Positions 1-12,624 of a stretch of 64,000 nucleotides of DNA are shown here, piece by piece; position 1 is the first letter of the stretch; each line of letters starts with the position of its first letter. The notes beneath the pieces are model-generated. The model saw only the letters and a program-made list of their open reading frames with translations, was not told the origin of the DNA and did not search any database. The stretch lies in the NCBI GenBank assembly GCA_043228905.1, contig JBHGNT010000009.1, positions 13,826,001 to 13,890,000 on the forward strand, in the 5' to 3' direction. Source of the stretch: Azolla caroliniana (lineage: Eukaryota > Plantae > Polypodiophyta). The translations under genes were made by a program, and so were the position numbers.

Positions 1-245
1 ACTGCCTTGAGCCCGTAAAGGGTCTTCTTGAGTCAGCAGACTAGATGTTTCTGATCAGGTGGCACGAAGCCTTTCGGTTGTTCCATATAGATTTCTTCAT
101 CTAAAAGTCATTGTGAAGGATAAACATTTTCACATCTAGTTGAAGAAGGTCGAGGTCTTCAGCAACGATGAAACCGAGTAAGAACTAAAGGGTTGTCATC
201 TTAACTACGGGTGAAAACATTTCGTCAAAGTCCACCCTGTATTTT
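1..245 (-). mobile_element. Ty1/copia reverse transcriptase fragment (degenerate, runs off window)
   Basis: Minus strand reads [16 protein letters not shown] ... KHLVC*LKKTLYGLK, which are copia RT motifs with stops. Confidence 0.8.
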
Positions 246-284
246 TGCCAAAATCGCATATACTTGATAACTTGCCAAATTGGA

Positions 285-720
285 TGTCTCCTTGAGGCGA
301 AAGACCCATCTGCATAGAAGTGTAGGTGAATGAGTCGACAATTATGCAGAAGTGTGTGTTCGGATCGTTTGGCTATGAACAACAAACAACGTAAATAGAA
401 AGTAGAAATGGCATATTGAGATTTACACAGATACGAGCTTTAATGGGAAGCTTCTTATTTCTGCACAACATGTTTTCTCTCTCTCTCAGAGATTACAATC
501 ATCTTTCTTCGTCCTCCATTACAATGTTAGGTATTCATTTATATACTAAGCCCTAACTTATTGTCAAGTTCACACTCGGACGGATACAAGGTGGAAGGAG
601 TCGGCCTTTTATGCCAAAAAAATCCCCCGTAAAAGGACTACTCTTCTGTACAATTACAAATGTTTGGCGTTGTCTCCCCCATAAACCTAGATTACAAATT
701 TAACTAGATTTTATATTACA
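285..720 (-). mobile_element. LTR (probably partial), same family as LTR at 10271-10961
   Basis: TG...CA ends. The reverse complement of ~580-695 aligns by eye to ~10537-10650 (ggggagac/taa..ccaaaca..ttacggggga..ggcataaaagg..gactccttccac). Confidence 0.55.
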
Positions 721-2872
721 AGTCTGGGAGCGTTGATCTGGGAGTGGCTTTGTCAGGCAATCGGCGATGTTCACCTCGGTTTCGATCTTCCGGACTTCGA
801 GCTTCTTCTTGGTTACGAGCTCCCAGATATGATGATACCGCACCTGAATATGCTTCGTCTTCGCATGATAGACGAGGTTGTGGATGAGGTGTATGGCGCT
901 TTGTGAGTCGCAATGGATGGTCGGCGTTGATTGGTCGGTTCGACTTGTAGTTCCAAAATTGGCAGTCAGTCGGTGCAGCCAGATCGCTTCTTTCATTGCT
1001 TCCGATGTTGCTATGTACTCGGCTTCTGTACTTGACAAAGCCATGCACTCTTGAAGTTTCAATCTCCATGATATCGCACCACCACCATAGGTGAATATGT
1101 AGCCTGATGTCAATTTCCAATTGTCCGTGTTTCCGACATAGTCGGAATCGGTGTAGCCTTCGACTTCGGTTGATGTTGTTGAACCGAATGCCAGCTGTGC
1201 ATACGTGGTTCCTTTTAGATACCTATGGATGTGCATGACGGCCTCCCAATGCTTCTTTCCTGGGTTTGACATGTACTGGCTGACCACCCATACGGCATAG
1301 GCTAGGTCAGGTCGGGTCGCCACCATTGCGTACATGATACTTCCTACTGCCGATGCGTAGGGTATCTTTCCATTAAGCTCTCTCTCCTTGTCCGTTGCAA
1401 GAGAGTCTCTATCCGATAGTCTGATTGACGTTGGAATCGGTGTCAGTGTTGGCTTCGAATTCTCCATGTTGAAGCGCTTCAGCACTTTGTGGATGTAATC
1501 GAACTGGGAGAGTCGAAGAGTCCTAGTCATTCGATTTTGCTCTATCCTCATGCCCAGTATGTGACGGGCTTGTCCTAGTTCCTTCATCACGAATTTTGCA
1601 TGAAGGCTCTGCTTCAGCTTACCGATCTCTACCTGATTGCTTCTTGCAATTAGCATGTCGTCGACATATAGGATCAGATAGATCCTGGACTCGTCGGTCA
1701 GTTTCCAAACATACATGCATGGGTCAGAGTCTGATCTGGTGTATCCAAGCTGCCGTATGTAGAAGTTGAACTTCTGGTACCACATTCTCGGCGCTTGTTT
1801 GAGGCCATATAGACTTTTCTTTAGTCTACATACGAGGTGACTATCCTCCCCCGTCGCCGTGAAGCCTACCGGTTGAGACATGTATATGTCTTCTTCCAAA
1901 TCTCCATGTAGGAACGTCGTCTTTACATCCATTTGCTCTAGGTCTAGGTCCTCTATCGCCACAACTCCTAGTAGGAGTCAGAGGGTGGTCATCTTGACTA
2001 CTGGTGAAAATCTCTCGTTGTAGTCAACCCCATGTTCTTGTTTGAACGCTTTCGCAACAAGCCGAGCTTTATACTTGGGTTTCTCTGAATCAGATACATA
2101 TTTGTATCGGAATACCCACTTGCAAGGTAGCGGCTTTCGTCCTTCTGGTAGTTCGATGAGCTCCCATGTCTGATTTTCATTAATCGAGTCCATTTTGGAT
2201 TTCATGGCTTGTATCCATGTTTTGGCATCCGGTGTGGCCATAGCTTCGTCATACGTGGGTGGTTCGCCTACATCCATGTAGTTGACGTAGTCGAGGCCCG
2301 ATGATAAAACTCTGTTTGCCTTCGAGCTCGTCCAGATCTCCTGGTTGCCGTAATATTCGGTTCAGATTCTTCGATCAATTCCTTTTGATGATCGGCATTT
2401 GTTGAACCAGTTGAGTCAGGAGTCTTTTTTGGTATTCCGCCCCCGGTTTGGGATTTTGGCGGTATCTGGTTGTTCTCCCCTACGGTTGTTGTTGAATTTT
2501 TTCTGACTTGTCCCTTGTCTACTCTGCCTTGATCGACCTTCATCGATTCAGCTTTGTCTTTGATGACTTTGTCTTCGAGTTCGATGTTGGGACTTATGGC
2601 CGATTCGGTGTCGGCTGGGACGTCGTTGGCTGGTTGGAGTTCAACTGTCTGTTGACTCTCTGATTCGGCCCAGTGGGTAGATCTTTCTACGATGACGTTG
2701 GCATCTTCAAAGGATACCTTCTTGCCCATTGTTTTCTGTTGGTTCCTCTGAGAGAAGATAGAGTCTTCATTGAAGACCACGTCACTGCTCCGGATCAATT
2801 TCTGATTCTCAGGGTCCCGTAGCCGGTAGCCAAAGTCCCCATCAGTTCCATAACCAAGAAATATGCACTTTG
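721..2872 (-). mobile_element. Ty1/copia pol fragment (integrase C-terminus, RT, RNase H), frameshifted
   Basis: ORFs 2268-2882 (KCIFLGYG..GYRL), 1978-2277 ([13 protein letters not shown]) and 700-1962 ([45 protein letters not shown]). Confidence 0.92.
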
Positions 2873-2877
2873 TTGTC

Positions 2878-3938
2878 TTCAATAGTCATTCCCTTTGCCG
2901 AAATTTGGGAAATTATGCTCTCATAGTCGTTGTTCAAGTGAGACGTGACTAAATCAGGCTCTTTCTTCTGACGATTATAAAGGTGTCGAATCAAATAGAT
3001 CTTCGTAGCGACCACTTTTTCTCATATGTGTCTAACAACATTTTCCACATCTAATAGGCTATCGGACATGATTGCGCCATATAATAGACCGATTCAAATA
3101 AATGCATCTGAATGGTGGCACGAGCTATACGGTCTAGCTTCGTCCACTCATTCGGCTTGTACTCTTCTAGAGGATTCTCGTTCTCGATCAGGTCGATCTG
3201 ACCCTTCACGATCAGATAATCTTGTATTTGTTCCTTCCAGACCCTTCAGGTCGTCAAACTTCCAAAGACTCATCTTTGACGAGCCGGATGTAGAAGCCAT
3301 TTTTAATAGGAGTCAATTGATTCGAGATTCTGCTTGGAGTGGAGACGACCAAAAGGAAGCTACAACCAACTGGTCTATCTAAAATAAGATCTACTTGAAG
3401 TGAGCACGAACTAGACCGAAAGGTGCTTCTTTCTCTCACAATAATTATTTTGTAGTTGCCAAACAAAGAAGTTTCAATCATATTGAAAACATGGAGGATC
3501 TGTTCAAAAGATCCAATAGTTTTGAAGTCTTTGGCCAAACTAGAGCGTATCTACTACAGGAGCAAAAGACGACCAACTGCAACTGAACCTCATGCTCTGA
3601 TACCAACTGTTGGAGATAAGTCTTCATAAAGAAATATTTGCAACACGACTTTGATGCTAATATACAACAGTTTGATGGATATGAAACAATGAACAAAAGA
3701 TGTAACAGAAACAACTTGCAACAAAGGAGAGAGTGGGAGATGGAAACTGAGAGGCACAAAATACAACTATATTATTCAAAATGGGAATTACAACATCAAC
3801 CTTAAAACTAGGTTACAAAGTTGGTTATATATTAACCAAACTAGGGCAACTGCTCTTTATGTCATTTACGGAAATAACCTAATCTAGTTTGTCCAATGGG
3901 GTAATGTGAATACATCCATTATATTACTGTATTCAATA
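2878..3938 (-). mobile_element. Small non-autonomous LTR element: 5' LTR 3608-3938, tRNA-iMet PBS, ~700-bp internal region
   Basis: gctctgatacca (reverse complement of the iMet PBS TGGTATCAGAGC) at ~3594-3605 sits next to tgttgg at 3608. The LTR end ttcaata recurs at ~2878, next to a purine tract on the minus strand. Confidence 0.55.
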
Positions 3939-4580
3939 GTGCTCCCATGGGGACACTCTCTTGTGTAATTTAATTCCCTCGACCCACTCATTGGTCTTCC
4001 TTGGGTTTGGCTCCTTAAGTTGTTGCATCATGGTTTTTGCGATTTATGCCAATGTGATCTTCTTCACATCTGATTCTCGATTCCACTTACTTCCATCTCC
4101 TTCTCTTTCCTTTTACACAATCACCTTCTTCTTCCTTGGCATCGTCATTCCCACCCTGTGTCCTGCTCTGATACCAAGTGTAATGAACCTAGAACATGGG
4201 TATCTCCAAATGAATCTCAAAACACGATTAGGACAATAGATATCATTAATTATCATTAATAATTAATTGCAATTATAGGAAGGTTGCATTACAAGCTCCT
4301 TGGAGCTAACTAAGATTAAGGAGATCGACATGCAAAACGAACAAAGAGAGTGGTAGGTTGAAAATAGAGAAAACGAGAGCATAGAGCATGGCTGAGAAAA
4401 CGACAAAGGCCCATGCAGCTATGACAGTGGGAGGATCCCGTGAATCACTTCACGATTTTCACCCTATTGCGGGGCTGATGGTCAAGCTTCAGCTATCAGA
4501 GCAAGAACAAGTATGGATGAGAGAAGAGATCCACCGATTGCAACAAATTTCTCTAGTTATACAAGTTTTATGTATGTCAA
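3939..4580 (-). mobile_element. 5' end of another LTR retrotransposon (LTR from 4179, iMet PBS, decayed gag start)
   Basis: gctctgatacca at 4165-4176 is followed by tgtaatg at 4179. The right boundary is approximate. Confidence 0.5.
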
Positions 4581-4589
4581 TTTCTTCTT

Positions 4590-7500
4590 TCACGCGGGTC
4601 GTGTAGTTCGGGTTCATGCGGTAGCGGCGTTGCTAGACGGGTTTCGCGTCGTTTGCTAAATTGATCTTATGCTGATAGAACTCGGGATCTAACCCCTTCA
4701 TGTCCTCGTGAGCCCAAGCAAACACATCCTTATATTCCGTGAGTAGTGCGATCATCGTGTTTTGCTCGTCCGGCCTTAATTCCTTTGCGATGGAGAGGAA
4801 ATGGGGCTCCAATTCCGTACCCACATTTACTTCTTCCAGGGCGGAAGCGGTGACTCATCGTGAAATCTCCATTTCTCTTTCGAATGCCGCCAATGCTCGG
4901 TTGAGTTCCAATATGGACTCTAGGTTTGGTTCATAAGCCTCGTCGTGGAGCACAGTGGTCGAGGCATATCTAGCTGCAGTTGTGATGACGTCAATTTCGA
5001 ACAGTGGAATGATCCATGGGTGCTCATCTAGGTATGCCTCTAGTTCTGCATCCTCCACCCCAGCCAACATATTTATATCTTCTGCGTATAATGGTGTTAT
5101 ACCCTTGGGTTTGGGCGTGCTTCCTTCTGTAGGTATGCGAACCTTGGTGCGTTCGTGTCAAAAACTCATACATTTGTGTTTCCGGCTCTGTTTAATATTT
5201 GCTGCCCGAAGCCATGGTCTGCCCAGAAGCACTGGGTACACCCCTGGGGCGTCCAAAGCGAGGACGACCGCCGAGATGTCGAAGCGGTGTCCGCCCACGA
5301 TAATGCCTATTTTGCGAATTAACCCCAATGGTCGTACTAAGCGGGTATCTGCCATTCGGAGCCAGAATGAGCAAGCCTCCCATTCTGAAATGCCTAAAGT
5401 TTTGGCGCTAATTACATTGACGCCTGAGCCGCCGTCGATTACGCATCCACGAATTTCCTATCCATGTAATATTAATGTAATAGCCGGGTTGTGTTGATCC
5501 ACTACCGGCGGTCCATCGCTAACGTTTGTAAGGTTCGTAGCGATACTCACCCTGGGTATGCCTGTCACCTGTTCTTCCATGGTCTGGTGGAAGCGTGGGA
5601 CTAGCTGCAGCAGTTTCTCCATGGTTAATGTTATCTCACAGCCCGCTAATGCCTACCAAATGGGGTCTGGGACCGGTCTTTCGTCCTCTGCTCGCTCCAC
5701 TGTGTTCGCAGACTCCTTCCGCATGCGTTCCGTATTTGACACGTTTGCTTTTTCCACCCACGCTTGGGCTTGTCAGCGTATCTCGTCTTGCGCAACCCAA
5801 TCAGCCATTTTTGTTTGCTAGCGTGTCGTGACTTGCTACACTTCCGCCATAATTGTATTGACAGCGGGCCCCTTTCCCTTGCGTGTTGGGCATTGCGTAG
5901 CATAATGTCTGGGTTGCTGACAAATAAAACAATGGATGCTTGATTCACCCTTCTCGGCTCCTGGTGGTGTGTGCCGCTCCCCTGGTGCTACTTGCTCCTC
6001 GCGGTCCGGCCTCGTTTATCGAAACGTATGTGGTGGTTGTTGTTGGTCCCGTCGTCGTTCCTGGTCTCGCTCATCTCCCGAGCTTTTGTCGTAACGCAGG
6101 TGATCTCGATATTGTCGTGGCTTACCACGATAACCATTGAAGCCGCCCTGTTTGTTTGTCGGCTGGTGATTCTCGTAGCGCCGACCCCCTTTAGCATAAC
6201 TCGGATGTCCACAATAATCCTCGTCCTCTGGTTCTTCCTCCTCGGAATCGTTGTGATTTTGGCGATTCTGGTGGTGCCGGTCATCCCGTGGGTTGCGATC
6301 CCTATACCGTGGTCGGTCTTCTTGCCTCCTTTGTTCAGTACAGTGTGGTGGACGTTGGGTGTCCATGCTGCGGACTGCTAGAGTGGCTCTGTTCAACATA
6401 TTGTATTCGCATTGGTCGACTGTGTGAGCCTTCCAGTGGCAGATTGGGCAGTGGATTCGCATATTGCACTCCACTGCGGAATGCCCCGAGTTCAAGCAAA
6501 CCGTGCACTAGATTGCTTGACGAAACTGGCGTTCCTCGTCCTGGGGTAATGCTTGTCGTAAGGAGGACATAGAAAACCTTTCCTCCTCATCCAACTCGAG
6601 CTGTAACGCTCGTTCAATGACCATATCTGCGTTGCTCGGATGGGTCGGTGTAATGCTGCTAGAAATGTTTCTTGAGCCTCGTCCTCCGCAGGGCTCTGTT
6701 CTAGTTTCCGCCGTAAATTTTGGAAACGTAAGCTGAAGTCTAGTATCGTCTCGGTCGGCAATTGCTTAATCGTATAGAACTGTCCGAGGATTTTGCGTTG
6801 TGGAACCCTCCGATGGAAGAACCACAAGAAGGCGGACTGCAGCTGATCGAAGGTTGTTATTACTGGTAAATCCATCTGTGAATGCCAAAACGCCGCTCGC
6901 CCATCCAATGTTAACCCGAACTCCGTCATTTTCGACTAGTGTGCTACCGCCTCCGAAAGGCTCTGCACCATGTGGTTCGCATTCCAGACATTCAGGAACA
7001 TGCGAATATGCATTGTGGCGTCGGTTTCGCCGTTAAAGCGGGGGTAGGCAAAGGCCATGGTGGGGGCTACAGCTGGTCGGGAAAGACCACAAGGTGGCTG
7101 TGGTGAGTGTAGTCCCCGCGTCTCGTCGAGGTATTTGGAGAGCAAAGAATCACCTTTGTCCTGACAGCAGGTAGTACTGAGGTTGCTGAGGCGAGGCTTT
7201 TGCCGTGCGCGTTCTTTTGCCTGGCGTGTGACGGACCTTGTTATTGGCCGGTCTTGTCGTGTTGGTTCTCTGGGGCGTCTGCAGCTAAACATCCATTCGT
7301 CGTTGCTCGTCTGTGAGAAGACACAAATCACCAAGTGTGCCAAAAGTGTTGCCGATTACGAACACGGTCCGCGGTCAATCCTTCGACCTAGACCTCCAAG
7401 TGGGTGTGGAACAATGAATAGGCGTCTAAGCGTAATGCATAGGGAAATGTTCCTTGTAACCTATCAACGTATAAGGGAGATGGCTACAACCGAATCCTTA

Positions 7501-7784
7501 GCAAGGGTTACACTTACGTTCTTACACGCTCAGGTATTCAAGACACACAGTGGATTAGCCGTAGCTATACACAGAAAATCAGAGAAGATAGAATTCTATT
7601 ATGAAACGTTTCTTACATTCCCCAAAATTACACGCGCTCTCTATCAGAGGTTTTCTGCCCTTTATATACGCAGGGTCTATCTAGCCGTTCACACTTCCTG
7701 CGGGAACCGTTACATGCGTTATAATCTTATATTATTTCTTATTCCGACGCACTTGTCCACCGGTTACTATTCCGGTGGACAACA
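4590..7784 (-). mobile_element. Ty3/gypsy element, 5' half (LTR 7347-7784, gag, zinc knuckles, protease, RT start), degenerate
   Basis: LTR TGTTG...CAACA; PBS TGGCACACTTGG; gag LDGRAAFWH..FSLRFQNL; knuckle CPICHWKAHTVDQC; protease VIDGGSGVN and LLGRPWL; RT start LLTEYKDVFAW..DMKGLD..HKINL..AKPV. Protease followed directly by RT is the gypsy domain order. Confidence 0.85.
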
Positions 7785-10270
7785 AGAACCGGTCGGGATA
7801 CAGAATGAAGACAGTCAGATCTGACAACGGAGGAGAATATACCTCCAGAGTCTTCAAACAGTACCTGCCCGACAAAGGGATTCGGCATCAAAAGATTGTT
7901 CCTTACACCCCCATGCAGAATGGAGTGGCAAAACGGATCAACCGAACGATCCAGGAGAGGGTGATGGTAATGCTCCAGCAAGCCGGAGGAAGTTAGAGTT
8001 CTGGGCCGAGCCATTGCGGACGACAATATACCTTGTCAATCTTCCGCTGTCAAAAGCAATCAGGCTCGAAGTGCCACAAGCACTATCGTCAGGCAAACAA
8101 CAGACGTACGATAGGCTCCGTGTATTCAGATGCAAAGCCTACGCGTTCATCCACAGGGAGAAAAGGACCAAGTTGGCACCCCATGCAACGAAATGCATAT
8201 TTCTCGATTATGGAACCGATGGGGACTTCGGCTATCGGCTATGGGATCCAGAGAACCGAAATTGATCCGGATTAGTGACGTAGTCTTCAATGAAGACTTT
8301 ATCTTCTCTCAACGGAACCAACAGAAAATAGTTCGTAAAAGGGTATCCTTCAAAGAAGACTAAGTTGTCGTAGAAAGACCGACCCACTGAGCCGACTTAG
8401 AGACTCAAAAAATAGTCGAACTGGAACAAGACAACAATATACCTGCCAACTCTGAATCGGCAATAGGTCCAACAGTCGAACTCAAAGACAAAACCATCAA
8501 AGACAAAGCCGATTCAACAAGAGTAGAACAAAGCAAAGTCAACAAGATGCGATTTGGGAATAGATCTGAGTCGACAAAGCCCATAGGACAGAACGCCATG
8601 ACACCATTGAAATCCCAGCATGGGGCCGGGTCACCTAACAAGACCCTTGACACAAATGGTTCAAGAAATATCGGTCCATCGACAGAGCTGATCGAAGAAT
8701 CCGAACCACTTATCTCGGCACCCAGGAAATCTAGACGAGCTCGAAGGCCGATAGAGTTCTATAAACCGGGCCTGGACTACGTCAACTACACTGATCTAGG
8801 CGAACCAGGCACATATGACGAAGCTATGACGAAGCTATGGCCGCATCGGACGCTAACACATGGCTGCAAGCCATGAGATCTGAAATGGACTCAATTCACA
8901 AGAATAAGACATGGGTGTTGGCTGAATTACTAGTTGGAAGAAACCCGCTCCCTTGCAAATGGTTTTTTCGATACAAATATGTATCTAACTCAGAGAAATC
9001 CAAGTAAAAAGCTCGGCTTATTGCGAAAGGGTTCAAACAAGAACATGGGGTCAACTAGGACGAGATATTCTCACCAGTACTCCAGATTACCACCCTCAGA
9101 CTGCTACTACATGTCTCAACCGCCAGGCTTCATGGCGACAGGGGAGGAAATTCACCTCATATGTGGACTGAAGAAAAGCCTCGATAGCTTGAAACAAGCA
9201 CTAAGGATGTGGTACCAGAAGTTTGACTCCTACATTACGCAACTTGGATATCGTCGATCCGACTCCGACCCATGCATGTATGTTCGGCAACTAGTCGACG
9301 AATCTAGCATTTACTTGATCCTATATGTCGACGACATGTTGATTGCACGGAGCAATTAAGCAGAGATCGAAAAGTTGAAGCAGACCCTTCACGACAAGTT
9401 CGCAATGAAGGAACTCGGACAAGCCCGTCACATACTGGGTGTGAGGATCGAGCGAAATCGGATGACCAAGACTCTCTAATTCTCCCAATCCGACTATATC
9501 CCGAAGGTGCTAAGGCGCTTCAACATGGAGAATGCGAAGCCACCACCAACACTGCTTCCGACGTCGATCCAACTATTAGATAGACAGTTTCCTTCAACGG
9601 AAAAGGAGAGAGTGGTTAATGGAAAGATGCCCTATGCATCGGTCGTAAGAAGTATCATGTACGCAATGGTGGCGACCTGACCTGCTCTACCCTATGCCAT
9701 AGGGGTGGACAGCTTGTACATGTCAAACCCAAGACGGAAGCATTAGGAGGCTGTCAAGCACATCTTTAGGCACTTGAGAGGGACCGAAGATACACAACTA
9801 ACTTTTGGTTTAACAACCTCAACCAAAGTCGAAGGCTACACTAACTCCGACTATGCTAGAAATACGGACAATCGGAAGTTGACTTCAGGCCACATCTTCA
9901 CCTATGGTGGCGATGCGATATCATGGAGGTCAAAACTTGAAGAGTGCACAACCTCAACCAAAGTCGAAGGCTACACTAACTCCGACTATGCTAGAAATAC
10001 GGACAATCGGAAGTTGACTTTAGGCCACATCTTCACCTATGGTGGCGATGCGATATCATGGAGGTCAAAACTTCAAGAGTGCATAGCTCTGTCAACCATA
10101 GAGGTCGAGTACATAGCAGCATTGAAGGCAATGAAGGATTCGATCTGGCTACACCGTTTTTCTGCCGACTTCTCAACTACAAGCCGAATAGGCCGACCAA
10201 CGCCGACCATCTATAGTGATTCATAGAGCGCAATACACCTCATCAACAATCTCATCTATCACACAAAGAC
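7785..10270 (+). mobile_element. Ty1/copia pol fragment (integrase, RT, RNase H), degenerate; same family as 721-2872
   Basis: RSDNGGEY, PYTPMQNGVA, KCIFLDYGTDGDFGYRLWDPENR, LILYVDDML and ISWRSKLQEC, with many stops and frameshifts. Confidence 0.9.
9813..10082 (+). repeat. 135-bp in-frame tandem duplication in copia RNase H
   Basis: acaacctcaaccaaagtcgaagg...gagtgc begins at 9813 and again at 9948. The 45-aa repeat is visible in ORF 9774-10226. Confidence 0.95.
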
Positions 10271-10961
10271 TGTTGGCTGGTTAGGCCAGAGTATGAACGA
10301 GCAACTGCTTTTGGGAGTTGTAATTAGATCAATTATGAGAATTATAAGATCGGACGGACGAACCCGGAATCGGTATGCCGACCCGGATCTGGCCTGGTTA
10401 CAAACCGGTGCCAACCGGCAACCGGGTCCCACAAGTAATCATGATAATGAGCTAGGCTAGGCTCGACATAGACCTCACATCTACCGACTCGGCTATATGT
10501 CGACCTAATTCTAACATAGATTTAGATTAGTATTCTAATCTAGGTTTACGGGGGAGATAACCCCAAACACATGTACATGTACAAAAGAGTACTCCTGTTA
10601 CGGGGGAATTTGTTGGCATAAAAGGCTGACTCCTTCCACTTTGTACCCTAGTGTGAACTCGTCTAAAGAGTTTGGGTTTAGTATATAAGCAATAACCTAA
10701 CATTGTAAAGAAGGGAGAACACTTGATGATCTGTCCATATCTTCTTGCCTTTCTTCTTTGTTGTTTGTTAAGCATAACCGAGAGGTTCTCATATACGTTT
10801 CCATGCATATCTGTCCCTTAGTCTCTCGGTTACTCTTCTTGTCCGTTCTGTAGTTGGGTCGTTCTTCGGTCTAGTCATCCATTCCCCGTCGTTCACTGTG
10901 CTTTGCAGGAATCATGGTCGCCAAAACTGTGTTTACTCCAGACTTGACTTAGCCTCAAACA
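10271..10961 (+). mobile_element. LTR truncating the copia RNase H
   Basis: Abrupt switch from YHTKT to tgttgg at 10271; ends ...ctcaaaca; homologous to 285-720; no TSD seen. Confidence 0.6.
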
Positions 10962-10966
10962 TAGGG

Positions 10967-11391
10967 TGTCAGTTCCGGAACACTTCACCGAAGGGGTTGT
11001 TATCTGATGGATGTTATCCGGCTATCCAGCTATCCAATTTTGATCCAACTAACTCCAGTTACTTCTGGATTGTTAAGAGAAAGCAGATTAGGTATAACAC
11101 GCGTAAAGTTAACAATTGAAGCGTAGAATGGCAAGTACACCAGAGACACAATAGAATTAAAATAGAACACTTAAATGGGCATTACTTCCACTAAACAATT
11201 ACATCAATTCTAGATCCTTTTATAGGCATCCGGTAGGAAATACAAAACGGTGCCTTACCGGCTACAAGCACTATTAGTCGGTGTGGATCCGTATGGGTAC
11301 AACTATCTGGATCCGTCCACTCCTATAATATATTACCTGACTAATAATTATGCTTCTAATAATATTGTTCTCCGACTTTTCCTTGTACACA
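10967..11391 (-). mobile_element. Putative 3' LTR of another element with adjacent PPT
   Basis: TG...CA ends; a minus-strand purine tract GGAGGGATAA immediately precedes the TG at 11391. Confidence 0.4.
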
Positions 11392-12624
11392 TTATCCCTC
11401 CAGATCATACTCTGGGCCAACATTGGCCTTGTCTTTCGGAATCGAGGCGTCAGAGTAAGGATTCGGTAACGAGAACCAGGATGCCAATTAGTCAAATTCG
11501 ACATCTCGACTTACTCCGACTATCTTTGTCCGGGGGTTGTTGCACTTATACCCCTTCTGCTCATGAGAGTGACCAACTAGTATGCACTTCTCCAACTCTG
11601 GGTCCAACTTTCTCATCTTCTCATCCGATCATGCACAAAGGCTATCTACCGAATACCCTAAGGTGTCTTAAATTTGACTTCCACCCCAAATACAACTCAT
11701 GTGTTGACACCTTCTCCCCGATCCAATTTTGTGTGTAGAACTTGGACATGCTCTTCTCTTCCAACATTGGTCGCGCCACCTCAACGATCGACCGATTCTT
11801 CATCTCCGCAACGCCATTTTGTTCCGGCGTGTGTCGATAGCTGAATTCCCTCCGAATTCCTTTCTGCTACAAGTAACTGTTGAATTGACCTGAAAAGTAT
11901 TCTTTTCTTTCATCCGACCGAAGGCACTTGATCTTCCTCTCCATTTCCCATTCGACTAAATTTTGTATGTTTCGAAAATAGTCGAAAACTTCGCTTTTCC
12001 TTTGGATTAGGTAGATCCATGTGTGCCGGTTGTAGTCGTCGATGAAGGAGACAAAATACCGACTCCCGCCAAGACTAACATTCTGTACCAGTCCCCATAA
12101 GTCTAAATGTATTAAGTTGAGCTTGTTACAGCTCCGGTTTCTTTCGGTGGGGAATGGAAGTCGATGTTTCTTCCCTAGTTGGTAGGCTTCAAAATTTTGG
12201 GCCTTCTAGCCACTGAATCTTGGCAGTCCGAACATGATTTGTTTCAACTTTAGGTCCTGAAGCCTTCGATAATTGAAGTGGTTGATCCACTTGTGCCACA
12301 AGTCAACATCCGAATTGAATTTCTGTCCCTTGCGTGATGATTTGGGCCTCTTCCTTGATGAAGCACTCAAGGTGTGTAAACTACACTTGCATCCCCTAGT
12401 TAAAGATCTGTCTGACTTACACCGGGTTCTTTGTGATTGTTGGAACATGAAAAACATTCATTAACTTTCCCTTTTGTACGACATGAATCAAAGGGACTTC
12501 TCCGACATGCTTATCGGGTGAGGAGTATCGTCTCCGGTTTTGACAACTTCCGGTTGCTTCGGCTTTTCTAGATATGAGAACCACTCTTTGTGGCTTATCA
12601 TGTGGTTTGACGCACCGGAGTCAA

